From assembly GCF_009914755.1 (NCBI RefSeq), contig NC_060940.1: 64,000 nucleotides of DNA. One strand, written 5' to 3'. The stretch comes from the human T2T-CHM13v2.0 reference genome, Homo sapiens. The notes beneath the pieces were generated by a model. It did no database searches and had not been told where the DNA came from. It saw nothing but the letters and a program-made list of their open reading frames with translations. Below are positions 1 through 12,718 of the stretch, piece after piece. Position 1 is the first letter of the stretch. The number at the start of each line of letters is the position of its first letter. The position numbers and the translations under genes were made by a program.

Positions 1-279
1 AGGAACTGCCTCCTTCTTCTGCTCCCATGCTTAGAAGAGACACAGATTAAGCCCTTGCCATGTTTCTATATCCTGCCCCGGCCCATGCTCCCATGCCCAA
101 ACCTCAAGGTTCTCTTGCTCAGAAAACTCTCCTCTGTGCAGAGCCACAGAGCCAGCAAGTCCACCTCTGTGCTCGGCCAGACAGCCCTTGTTCCAAGCCA
201 CCACCCTGAGCCCTGCCTGTCAATAGTTACAACCTTGTTGATGATGGCAGCTGCCGCGAGTGTCCTTTATAGTCTGTTA

Positions 280-795
280 GACCTTGGGCAAGCTTCTCAA
301 CCTCTCTGTGCTCAGTTTCCTCATCTAGAAGGTAGAGATTATACTAACAGTACATACTTTGTAAGCTTGTTTTAAAGACTAGAGGAGTTGGCCAGGTGCG
401 GTGGCTCACGCCTGTAATCTCAGCACTTTGGGAGACTAAGGCAGGTGGAACACGAGGCCAGGAGTTCGAGACCAGCCTGGCCAATATGGTGAAACCCTGT
501 CTCTACTAAAAATAGAAAAAATTAGCCAGGCGTGGTGGTAGGCACCTGTAATCCCAGCTACTCAGGAGGCTAAGGCAGGAGAATCACTTGAACCCGGGAG
601 GGGATGTTGCAGTGAGCCAAGATTGCACCATTGCACTCCAGCCTGGGCAACAGAGTGAGACTCCGTCTCAAAAACAAAGAAACCAAAAAAAAAAAAAAAA
701 AAAGACTAGAAGAGTTTGAAGAGTTAACATAGGTAAAACTCTCGAAACAGTGCTTAGGGCATGGTAAATGGTGAAAATGTTAACCATTGTTATTA
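280..795 (+). mobile_element. MIR SINE, split by an Alu insertion
   Basis: MIR core ccttgggcaag...cctctctgtgctcagtttcctcatct; the 3' part (aacagtgcttagggcatggtaaat...ttattatta-like) resumes after the Alu. Confidence 0.75.
390..700 (+). mobile_element. AluS (Sg-like), full length
   Basis: ggccaggtgcggtggctcacg start, dimer, A tail; TSD aaagactagaggagtt (374-389) / aaagactagaagagtt (701-716) at a tt|aaaga site. Confidence 0.95.
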
Positions 796-1198
796 AAAGT
801 GTTTCCCAAATCTTGTCCTATTTGATCCCCACAATACTGTGAGGTCAGCTAGGGCCACGGGGTTAGAACCCTTATTCTAGAAGGAAACAGAAGTTCAGGA
901 GAGCTAAGCTGGAAGGGCTAAGTTGGGCTGGAGCCAAGTTCTTTTGACTCCATGTCCAGGATTCTTGTGTGATGCCACCTGTGAGTTTTAGTATTTGACC
1001 TCAGACCACACTGGTGCCTGATATTGTTTTCCTTTATAATTGTTTACAAAAGAGGATTTTATAAACCGTCTGAAATCCTCAGTCTCGAAGTCAGCCTGGA
1101 ATAGGCATTTTTATATGTAAGTATGTCAAGTATACACCTTGGTATTACAATTAGTGATTTAGCATCCTTGGGAGAGAAGATATGTAAAGGCATTTCAT

Positions 1199-1569
<371 letters not shown>

Positions 1570-2957
1570 TAACTTCTTTTGCAATATCACCCGAATTTCC
1601 TCTCAGGGAATGCCCATACAGGGTAAGTGGTGGGGCTCTCAGTTTTACTCTTCTTGTTTTCAAGTGGCTAGGCCTCTGTCAGACCAGTCCCCCAGCCTCT
1701 CCCCTGCCCTCCATTCCTCCCCAGGGAGAGGGAGTGACTCATCTGTTTGGTGCTTTTGAGGGAAGAAACTGGGCATGATCTGCTCAGCTTCTTCTGCCTC
1801 CTTCTCTCTTGGGGTATACACATTCCTTTGTCTTCTAAGCTATAATTTTACAAGGCCAGGGCCCTAAAGGGGAGACCTGCAGTTATCCAGTTCTGCCTGT
1901 GATGGGCTGTCTGTTCCTGAGATTTTAATACTTAGACGCTCTTTGCAGCCAAACAATGAAACTACATTCTCCAAACCTGTGATATTTTGCACCCCATATG
2001 CCTAACCCTGTGTCTATCCTCTTTTAATTGTTCTCAATTCAGGCAGGGAAAAGAAGGAGGTCATTTATTAGCCCCTCATACTCTGACCCCCTCCCTAGCT
2101 CTCAGTCCCTAGGATTTACCTGGGGCTGGCCCCACCTACCCAAGCCTGGGTCTGTCATATAATCAGGTCATGCCAATCAGCACATTTCCATCCTTTTGGT
2201 CATAGCAATTAGTTCATACTTGGGCACACAATCCAGGTTGACTCAATGAGATGCTATCCTTGAGAGTTATTGGATTATTTTGAGAAAAGTTATGATTTCT
2301 GCTGGGATGACTCAGAGAATATAAACCGAGACTTACTGAGCTTCTTCCCGCCATAGAAGAAGAGCCTGCTTGAATAGAGTTGACAGAGCAGAAAGCACAG
2401 CACAACTTGCTGATTGGACCCCCATCCCATCTTGCCCTTGATATTGGCCAATATTTACCATACGCGTCAGCTTCCACTGATCTTTCTGTGGCCCTAGGTG
2501 TCCTACAGGGTCAAGTTACCCTATTGGATAAATAAAGGCTGACCGAGCCTGGTCTATTGAATGGACGTGTTCATTTGTGTAATAATTAATCACAGGACTT
2601 AATGTGCTTGGCAACTGTTACCTTCAGCACATTCTACATGATTCCATAGCTAATCACCATTTTTGTTATTCTCTCAAAACCCATGAGAAAGATGCCCACA
2701 CCACTCCCTAATTCCCTCTGCACTTAACCAGAAGAGAGAGAGATGATGATCATCATTGCCATCGACATCTTTCTTTTGCTTTTCTTTCTATTTTAAAGTC
2801 ATGTCAGATAAATGGCTAAATGTAAACCTAAAGACAGGTGGAGGGAAGTGTTCACATTCGTGTGTGAACTAAAACTAACATAAGCTTCTTGTCAGGACAA
2901 GTTTCAGAAGGGGCTAAATGGATGTTAATCCAATTCTCCAGATAAGAAACTGAAGCT

Positions 2958-4644
2958 GCTCCCCCTCCCCCTCCCCCTCCCCCTCTCCCTCTCCCTCTCC
3001 CCTGTTTCCACGGTCTCCCTCTCATGCTGAGCCGAGGCTGGACTGTGCTGCTGCCATCTCGGCTCGCTGCAGCCTCCCTGCCTGATTCTCCTGACTCAGC
3101 CTGCCCAGTGCCTGCGATTGCAGGCTCGCGCCGCCACGCCTGACTGGTTTTGGTGGAGACGGGGTTTCACTGTGTTGGCCAGGCCGGTCTCCAGCCCCTA
3201 ACCGCAAGTGATCCGCCAGCCTCGGCCTCCCGAGGTGCCGGGATTGCAGACGGAGTCTCGTTCACTCAGTGCTCAATGGTGCCCAGGCTGGAGTGCAGTG
3301 GCGTGATCTCGGCTCGCTACAACCTCCACCTCCCAGCCGCCTGCCTTGGCCTCCCAAAGTGCCGAGATTGCAGCCTCTGCCCGGCCGCCACCCCGTCTGG
3401 GAAGTGAGGAGCGTCTCTGCCTGGCCGCCCATCATCTGGGATGTGAGGAGCCCCTCTGCCTGGCTGCCCAGTCTGGAAAGTGAGGAGCGTCTCCGCCCGG
3501 CTGCCATCCCACCTAGGAAGTGAGGAACACCTCTTCCCGGCCGCCATCACATCTAGGAAGTGAGGAGCGTCTCTGCCCGGCCGCCCATCGTCCGAGATGT
3601 GGGGAGCGCCTCTGCCCTGCCGCCCCGTCTGGGATGTGAGGAGCACCTCTGCCCGGCCCCGACCCCGTCTGGGACGTGAGGAGCATCTCTGCCCGGCCGC
3701 CCCGTCTGAGAAGTGAGGAGCCCCTCCGCCCGGCAGCCGCCCTGTCTGAGAAGTGAGGAGCCTCTCCGCCTGGCAGCCACCCCGTCCGGGAGGGAGGTGG
3801 GGGGGGGTCAGGCCCCGCCAGGCCAGCCGCCCCATCCGGGAGGGAGGTAGGGGGGTCAACCCCCGCCAGGCCAGCCGCCCCGTCCGGGAGGGAGGTGGGG
3901 GGGTCAGCCCCCCGCCCGGCCAGCCGCCCCGTCCGGGAGGGAGGTTGGGGGGTCAGCCCCCCGCCCGGCCAGCCGCCCCGTCCGGGAGGGAGGTGGGGGG
4001 GTCAGCCCCCCGCCCGGCCAGCCGCCCCGTCCGGGAGGTGAGGGGCGTCTCTGCCTGGCCGCCCCTACTGGGAAGTGAGGAGCCCCTCTGCCCGGCCACC
4101 ACCCCTTCTGGGAGGTGTGCCCAGCAGCTCATTGAGAGCGGGCCAGGATGACAGTGGCGGCTTTGTGGAATGGAGAGGCGGGAGGGGTGGGGAAGGGATT
4201 GAGAAATCGGATGGTTGCCATGTCTGTGTAGAAAGAAGTAGACATGGGAGACTTTTCATTTTGTTCTGTACTAAGAAAACTTCTTCTGCCTTGGGATCCT
4301 GTTGATCTGTGACCTTACCCCCAGCCCTGTGCTCTCTGAAACATGTGCTGTGTCCACTCAGGGTTAAATGGATTAAGGGCGGTGCAAGATGTGCTTTGTT
4401 AACAGATGCTTGAAGGCAGCATGCTCGTTAAGAGTCATCACCACTCCCTAATCTCAAGTACCCAGGGACACAAACACTGCGGAAGGCCGCAGGGTCCTCT
4501 GCCTAGGAAAACCGGAGACCTTTGTTCACTTGTTTATCTGCTGACCTTCCCTCCACTATTGTCCTATGACCCTGCCAAGTCCCCCTCTGTGAGAAACACC
4601 CAAGAATTATCAATAAAAAATAAAAAAATTAAAAAAAAAAAAAA
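2958..4644 (+). mobile_element. Full-length SVA retrotransposon (D/F-like or an ape-specific subfamily)
   Basis: (CTCCCC)4(CTCTCC)3 head, antisense Alu-like domain, GC-rich VNTR about 3370-4115, SINE-R, AATAAA and poly(A); perfect 14-bp TSD aagaaactgaagct at 2944-2957 and 4645-4658. Confidence 0.97.
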
Positions 4645-5238
4645 AAGAAACTGAAGCTAAGAGAAGTGAAATAACTTGTGCAGCACTCACACCTGCCTGA
4701 CTCCAAAGCCCAGGCTCTAGGTCATTGTGCCACCCACTTCTCTTCATAGACAGACTCTTAGTGCCCAGTGGGTAAAGATTGATTTGCTCCTCTCCAGCTG
4801 CTAAAGTCCACTTTACCATGGGCTGTGCTGGCTGGGAAGAAATCCTCTGTCCTCTGCAACTCAGAGCCTTGCCTGTCTGCACCGCTTCTTGGGTTCACTA
4901 CAAGGCATATATTGTCACATAGAGAGGTATTTTTTCCATCTTCACTCCAAACAGGTTGTGATAATATTGCTCAGAAGATCAGGTTGGTAGGAATGAAATC
5001 AAGACAGACTCAGTTCCAATCCTAAATGGGATTACGAAGGTGGTGATCTAGACCCTTTCTTTTACTGCTGGTTGGTGAGAAAAGCTATGACACCTGCTGG
5101 GTATGAGCCCCCCTGACCCTCACCCACCCCCACTAGCCTTACACACTGTGCCTGGAAGTGTGAAATGATGAAACCTTTTCTGGGGAGGTGGATGAAGCAA
5201 TTTGATGTTATACAGCAAGCATAAATCTGCATATATGG

Positions 5239-5671
5239 TGCATTGGTTTTCCAGGGCCGCCCTAATAAAGTACCACAAACCAAGTGGTTTAAACAACGTA
5301 AATTAGTGGTCTCACAGTTCTGGAAGCTAGAAGTCCAAGATCAAGGTGTCAGTGGGGTTACTTTTTCTGAGAATGTGAGGGATACTCTGTTCCATACCTA
5401 TGCTGTAACTTCTGGTGGTTTGCTGGTCATCTTTGGCATTTCTTGGCTTACAAAATCATTATCTCAATCTCTGCCCTTAATTTCATATGGCATTCTCTCT
5501 GTGGGTATGCCTGTGTCCAAGGACAATAGTTATATTGGAACAAGGCCCACCCTAATGACCTCATCTTAGCTAATTACATTTGCAATGACCCTATTTCCAA
5601 ATAAATTTATATCCTGAAGTGCTAGAGGTTAGGACATATAATTTTGGGTAGACACAATTTAATCCATAACA
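5239..5671 (-). mobile_element. MLT1C-like MaLR solo LTR
   Basis: ctcacagttctggaagctagaagtccaagatcaaggtgtcag and caatgaccctatttccaaataa motifs; ends aatccataaca. Confidence 0.8.
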
Positions 5672-6036
5672 CCTGGGAATTTTGCCCCTGGAAATTTAGC
5701 CTGGTTATCTATTTGCATGTGTTCACAAAGAGATATTTTATAAGGTGATTTGGCAAAAGCAAAATTGGAATCCTATGTGTTAAAAAAGAAAGTACACCCA
5801 CGTGTACTACCATGAAAACACTTCTAGGGCATATCATTAAATAAAGAAACATCTCATAAAAGGTGATGTGATCTTAAAACAGAACAAAACTCCTATCTTT
5901 GTAAGTGTGCACAGGTGATCAGAAGAACAGACAAGCCAAACAGTTGACAGCAGCAAGTCCTGGTGAGAAGAGAGAGAGTAGAGGATTGTTAAAGTGCCAT
6001 TTGAAGTTTTCTGGAATATTCTGGTGATTTGAATTT

Positions 6037-6626
6037 TTTAAAGTTATACTTTAAGTTCTGGGATACATGTGCAGAACGTGCAGATTTGTTACACAGGTAT
6101 ACACATGCCATGGTGGTTTGCTGCACCCATCAACCCGTCATCTACATTAGGTTCTCCTAATGCTATTCCTCCCTTAGGCCCCCCCACCCCACAACAGGCC
6201 CCAGTGTGTGATGTTTCCCTCCCTGTGTTCCATGTGTTCTCATTGTTCAACTTCCACTTATGAGTGAGAACATGTGATGTTTGGTTTTCTGTTCCTGTGT
6301 TAGTTTGCTGAGAATGATGGTTTCCAGCTTCATCCATGTCCCTGCAAAGGACATGAACTCATCCTTTTTTATGGTTGCATAGTATTCTATGGTGTATATG
6401 TGCCACATTTTCTTTATCCAGTCTATCTTTGATGAGCATTTGGGTTAGCTCCAAGTCTTCGCTATTGTGAACAGTGCTGGAATAAACATATGTGTGCATG
6501 TGTCTTTATAGTAGAATGATTTATAATCCTTTGGGTATATACCCAGTAATGGAATTGCTGGGTCAAATGGTATTTCTCATTCTAGATCTTTGAGGAATCG
6601 CCACACTGTCTTCCACAATGGTTGAA
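6037..6626 (-). mobile_element. 5'-truncated L1PA7/8-like 3' end inside an older L1ME relic
   Basis: tatactttaagttctgggatacatgtgcagaacgtgcag...ggtggtttgctgcacccatcaacccg is an antisense L1PA 3' UTR. Confidence 0.9.
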
Positions 6627-9117
6627 TGAATTTAACTTTTTGTAATGATAATGTACTCACATTTTATTACTTGAGTAATAAAAATATTACTCGAGTAAAA
6701 AATAAAGACTTTTTTCTTTCTATACACAGTGGTCAGTCTGGACCCAAAGCAAAGTAGTTCAAACCAGACAGTCTCCAGAGCGTCTCCAGGGGTCCATGGA
6801 AGAAGGGAACCTTGGAGGCTGGACAGAACCAAAATCATCCCTTATCCACTGGACACCAAGAATCTCAGTGCAGAGGAGTGAGTGGCACAATGGCCAAGAG
6901 CCTGGGCTTTGGAGTCAGGCAGGTGTGAATGCTGCACAGGTTATTTCACTTCTCTGAGCTTTGATTTCTGCAGAGTTGGGTTAACACCCACCTCAGGGGA
7001 TCCCTTCTGAAACCATGCCCCGGCCATGACCCACATTAATCTTAGTTCCCATTTCATGTATGGACCAGATCATATTTCAAAAATTTGCCAGAAATACTTT
7101 CAGACACTGTCCCAAGATTCTGGCATTCCAATCAGGCATTTGTGAAATTTGTGAAATTCTCAAGAAAAAGCAAGGCTTTTTGAGTTGGGTCTTCAGATAT
7201 GGGTAAGATTTCAGTAGGTGAGAAAGGGGAGCTGTGGGCCTATGACAGGAGAAACGAAAACACTCCTACCTCCTCCCCATGTCGTCTTCTGTCTTTCTTG
7301 CATTTAAACTTTTTTTTATTCGGGCTGGTTTTTTTGCTTTTCCAATTTTTAAAACTATTTACCCATGTATATACTTGCATGTTGTCATAGTATTCATAGA
7401 AAAGATATGCACATATACATGAATCTGTGTGTGTGTTGTGAAAAATGAGGAAGAGAAAGAAAGAAACAGAAACAATTTCTATTAATTTCAAACTGGTTAA
7501 TGAATAGGGAAATGGGATCAAAACTAATTAAATAGAAATTCTGATTCCAAAAGATATGGCACAAATACCCCTTATAAATGACCAGATTTCAAAGGATTAA
7601 AGTCCAACAAAATTCTCTTAAATGAACATTATACCAATAGCTCTCTAATCTCTCTTTTGGGATTTAGAAAGACCTTCAAGGTTCGAGTGTGCCACGTGTT
7701 CGCCATTGTAAACCTTCATGAGCAATGAGCACAGTTCTGGTTATTTGAGTGTTCTCAGTGTTTGGATCTGTATAAAAGGGAGCTGGAGTTTCCACCTTTT
7801 TCCTCCAGCTATCTGGTGGCTACAGCTCTGTCAGCTGCCTGTGTAATTAATCGTCGGGCTTAGCTAATGCTTCCTAAATTAATGCAATTATCAGTGTCTC
7901 CAAATAACCACCTTCGTGCACTGCTATCAAAATACACTGTTGACAGATTTGCAGCCAAAGCAGTGATGTTCTGAGACTGGAGTTGGGATTGATTTTAATT
8001 AACTTGTTTCTCATATTACAAAGGTGAGAAATACCAATTCTCAGTAGCTCCAGATTAAAAAAATGGAAGAGGGGGTGTGTGGATGGGAAGAGACTCATGA
8101 AAATAATGGCTACAAGGTATTTTTGTTCTGCAGCTTCACATCCACTGGCTGTGTTTTATGACTGCAGTGGCCCAGGCTCAGGCTGGAGCCCTTTAGTGCT
8201 CTCTCTCATGCATATTGCAGGGGCCCCTGGTTTAATTTGCTCTGGGCTGAGTGTGGCAGGGGGAGTCTCAGGATCAGGGCAGACACTTCTGCTCCTCACC
8301 TCCTTCCATCCTGAAATATTTCACTAAACATGGGGCACTGGACCCAAATTAAGGTGAGAGAAAGCGCATTCTGTTGGTTTGAATTTGTTTTATGCTGTAG
8401 CTTCGCTTCTAGAGGCTCCTGTTTTCAAGACACACAGCCCAATCTCTTATGTGAAAGGAGCTGCTTTCTCCAGGCAGACACTTTGGAAGGGGTGACTATT
8501 CCTGGGTCTGGGTCTGAGACGCATGGTGTGGAATGGTGTTTGCAGTGTGCATTCTGCTGGACATTAGCTTGCAAGATGTCCAGAAAGAAAAATCAAATAT
8601 GTGGAAAATACTGTCGATTCTGGTGCCCTGCCCCCTGCCCCAGGAGTTTTCCTATGTACCATAACATATCAAAGGCTCTGAGAAGTCCTGCATTAAGAAA
8701 ATGTGTTTATCCCTGCTCAGCCTAGTGCTACCTGTGATTACAGGCCCCTATACTTGGATTTTGTTTGGATTAGCATGGGGCAGAAGTAATGTTATATGAG
8801 ATTCACCTGGGGAACTCCCCTGAGTGAGATAAAACGTGGGCTTGGGGACCTCGTTTTTCCCCTTCTCTGCCACTACTTGCTGTGTGACCCTGGCAAGCTC
8901 TTTCCCTGCTCTGGGTCTGAGACTTCCCTTATCGACAAAGAGGAGGTCCTGCCTTAGTTTCTCTGACTCTGTCAGGCCTGCAGACCAGGAGCTCAGTTCA
9001 AAACCAGAGGATGTGAAAGGTCAGGGAAAGGGAAGGAGAGATTGACTTAAGGAAATAGGAAAGAAAGGGTTTAGGGAGGCTTCATAAAGAGACCATTGTA
9101 TAAAATTGGCTTTTTTT

Positions 9118-9262
9118 GACTACAAATTGGGTTCAGTATATACTCCTCAGGTGATCGGTGAAGCAAAATCTCACAGATCACCACTAAAGAACTTATTCAT
9201 GTAACCAAGTACCACCTGTTTCCCCAAAAACCTATGGAAAGAAAATAAATTAAAAAAATAAA
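9118..9262 (+). mobile_element. L1PB 3' end fragment
   Basis: aaaatctcacagatcaccactaaagaacttattcatgtaaccaa...cctatggaaa followed by an A-rich tail. Confidence 0.8.
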
Positions 9263-9311
9263 TGGTTGTTGTTTTCTAAAAATAAATAATAATACAATAA
9301 TAAAAACAGGC

Positions 9312-9466
9312 TTTTTAAATATTGACACATACCAGCTGTATATATTTTTGAGGTAAATGTGATAATTTAATACATTCATATAATTTGTAAAGATCAAATC
9401 AGTGTAATTGAGGTATCCACCACCTTAAAATTTGTCTTTTCGTTATTCTAGAAACATTAGAATTAT
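9312..9466 (-). mobile_element. L1MA 3' end fragment
   Basis: ttgacacata...tgtatatattttt...gatcaaatcagtgtaattg...accttaaa, antisense L1MA 3' terminus. Confidence 0.7.
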
Positions 9467-11813
9467 GAGACCATCTTGAGGAGGGCGTTTTTCTTTGGAG
9501 AGGCTTAAGCTGGTTCTCCTGAACGAGGTTCTCTGATTGTGTTGGAAAAGGGGAAGACTGACCACCTTCCATGTCTGTCATGCCAACAGGACTGTTGAGA
9601 AGCTCCCCCACCCCCAGGAGCTCTAGTTTTGCTTCTGGTCTTCCCCTGCCCACCCACCCATCCCACCTCCCAGCACACAGCAGTGGCTGTGGCTGGGCAC
9701 AAGTAAGGAGAGGGCACTCTTCTGCCCAGCAGGCAGGCCCCTACCCCCACCCCCCCAAGCCTTTTCTGTAGCTCGAGGCTGCTCCTCTTCTGGAGAATGT
9801 TGTCCTTGTGGTGAAAAGGTCCAGCCCCAGAGCTCAGCCAATCTGGCTTTAGGCGACTCAGAAGGGAGAGTGCCACTTTGCAACAGTTGAAAATGAAGGA
9901 TTAATAATCCTCCATGTGAGTCTTGTTATAATGTTTTTCATAGGCCTCTAACCTGGGGGGATTAGTTGGTGCAAACAAAAGGAGGGATGGAATGGCAAAG
10001 TGAGGCTTATTTTCTTGGCAGAGTTGCTTTCTCAGCCACTTCTCATTCTGCTCAGATTAATTCTTCTGGGAGAATGCACTGGCTCTTAGTAATAATCATC
10101 ATAATAAACATCTCAAATCTTAAATAAAATCATTTTCATATAGCTGAAATCGTTTTTAAAAAGCAAGCCACACAGAGTCTTTGTTGTGGGTGAGACACTG
10201 AGTAGGAACATTCGTGCATGATTTTAGCTACTCTTACTGCAACCCCTGGTGGTCTGTGCTATCGTTATCCCATTGTAAAGATGAGCAAATAGAGTCCAAA
10301 GCTGTAGGAGTCCTGAGACCTGAGGCCTGAGTTTTCAGCCTCTTCTCCTCATCCACCTGCTTAGAACAGAAGCTCCGGCCCAGGTACTCCCTCTTGTCTA
10401 GCCTGCAGGACTCAGAAGCCCTGTGGATTAATGTGAGAGATTTTGCCTGACTGGTCCCCTTGGTCTCTAAAGGTTCTGAAATCTCAGACAACCAGCTGTC
10501 TTTGGGTTTTCAAACCTCTTTTGTGGAATGGTCACTGGCTGCTGCTCCCACACAGTGGCCCTCCTGGTCCCCAATGTCACTGACAGATGCTCCCTGGATG
10601 GAACCTTCAGAATTCTCTGCGACAGTGACACTGGAAGGAACAAACAGCTAGAGAACAAACTGTCATCTAGTTGCACAGCCCCTGGCAGCTGGTTGGATCC
10701 GAGCGGAGCAGCCCAATCCCAGGCAGGCCAGCAAACCACAGCAAAGTCGATGTGTAAACTCTGCTGTCCAGGGCTTCCTAGATAATGTGGCAATGGGCCA
10801 GTCCATCATAACCTCTCTTTTAAGTACTTTGAACTTGAGCTATGGAGAATGAGAAGTCAGTAGAAGGAGGTGGAGTGAGACAAAGAGCCACATCAGAAGA
10901 CTATAGGCAGGAGGAAAATGGACACACGGAAGGTGAGAGGCAGTGGCAGAGGAATGGTGGGAGCCAAGAGCGAGCACAGATGAATCGGTGCAGTAGATGA
11001 GAGCCACTGGGACTAGGGAGTCAATGAGGGTCCCAGGGAGAGGGTAATTAGAGGCCCAGGTGCTGGAGTTGCCACCTACCTGCCCCTGCCTGTCTCGTGT
11101 CCTGGTGTGGGGCTGGCCAGCTTTGCCTATCGTGCCCTGTATTCTAACACTAATCCTATGTAACCTCTATAAGTGACTGGAGCATGCCTCTGGGCCTGGA
11201 AACCAACAAACCAAATGAATGCACCTCGTGACTCCAGGACTCTGCTAATGACTTCAGCTCATTAGGTGAACTGTCTGCTGAATCACTTCCCTGGCACCCT
11301 TCCCACCCTGTCCATCATCAAAGGAGACCTGGTGTGACCTCAGAATCTCAGCCCTTGCCCTGTCACCTGCTCCTCTCACTTATTCCATCCCTGCTGCCTC
11401 CTTTCTCTCTTTCTCTGTCTGTCCTGCTCTTTCTTATTCTCTCAAATGAGACTTCAGAGCTGCTTGGAGTGGGACAAGGAAGCAGTGATGCTCTTTAAAA
11501 AGCCTGTCTGATAGAGATGTGGGAGGATTTTACTTGATAGATAAAGTGAGAGCCAGAGAGAGAATTTCCTGGAGAAATCTGTCAAGTAGCTGCTTACAGC
11601 AATCTGCATGCCCTGTTGGACACTGGGGTGTCAGTTTTCAGTGGAAGCAGAAGGAAAATGTCTAATTGTGTTCATTGCACTGAGGAAATTTATGTTTTAT
11701 GAGTGCTGCACCCTGTGTGTCCAAAGCCCCCTTTTAGAAGAACCAGGTCCCAGTGGGTCTGAGACTGGAGGCACAACTGTCCAGGATGGAGCTCTTAGTG
11801 ACTGCTCCCACTC

Positions 11814-11826
11814 TGCTGACTCAGCA
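11814..11826. promoter_or_regulatory. Perfect T-MARE (Maf recognition element) TGCTGACTCAGCA
   Basis: Exact 13-bp consensus with an AT-rich flank; function not shown. Confidence 0.45.
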
Positions 11827-12037
11827 TTTATGAACAGTACTGCAGAGAGACCTGATGGTGTCCAGTCTCCAGGTCTCAAAAACCAGACAGATTCACATTG
11901 GGCCACCAAAGAGCATACAGCAAGCCACACTTTCTAGGGCAATAGCTGGGAGACTGCCTAATATCTTCTCCAACCTTGTTGACCTTTGGTCTTGTACTAT
12001 TTAGGATTATCTGGTTGCCAGTGACAGAAATCACTCT

Positions 12038-12297
12038 GGCTCGGCTGCTTTCAGTGGCTCATATCTGTAATCCCAGCACTTTGGGAGGCCAAGGAGGGGA
12101 GACCACTTGAGGTCAGGAGTTAGAGACCAGCCTGGCTGACATGGTGAAACTCCATCTCTACTAAAAACACAAAAATTAGCCAGAAATTGCTTGAACCCAG
12201 GAGGTGGAGGTTGCAGTGAGCCAAGATCGTGCCATTGCACTCCAGCCTGGGCAACAGAGAGATACTCTGCCTTAAAAAAAAAAAAAAAAAGAAAGAA
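12038..12297 (+). mobile_element. AluS with about 55-bp deletion in the right monomer, inserted in an MLT1 relic
   Basis: aaaaattagcc joined directly to agaaattgcttgaacc; TSD agaaatcactc at 12026-12036 and 12298-12308. Confidence 0.9.
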
Positions 12298-12718
12298 AGA
12301 AATCACTCCTGCTCATCTAAACTGAAAATAAAAAACAAAAACTTCTAATAAGAATATGGGATTGCTCATAGGAAGAACTTGACAGTGAGCCTGGAGATGG
12401 ACCAGGCCGGTTCTGGTGGGTGAGGGAACAGGGCCTCTGTTTAAGGCACTCCTGGTGGCACGAACCATCAGCCAGTGCTTTTGGCCCTTGTGTCCCTCTG
12501 CTCAAGGTCCACATTGTCATGAGAGAGAGATTAATGGGGCTGGTTGTGATTTGCCTGGCCCTTTGCTGGAATTACTTTGACTGGCATTTCCACCCAAACT
12601 ACATACAATGAGGAGAAGGGTGGCTTCTACAAAGGAAAATCAAGGTCTTATCAGAGGAAGAGAGCATGGATGCTGGGCAGCTGCAGGCATCATCTCTCCA
12701 CACTGATCCTGATTTTCT

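Noticed and set aside
3022-4654. Overlapping ORFs of up to 180 aa
   Set aside because: All are translations of the GC-rich SVA domains; SVA is non-coding
10470-11230. Probable old ERVL-type LTR (similar relics near 2040-2500, 54600-54920 and 56370-57100)
   Set aside because: Too diverged to name or bound reliably by eye
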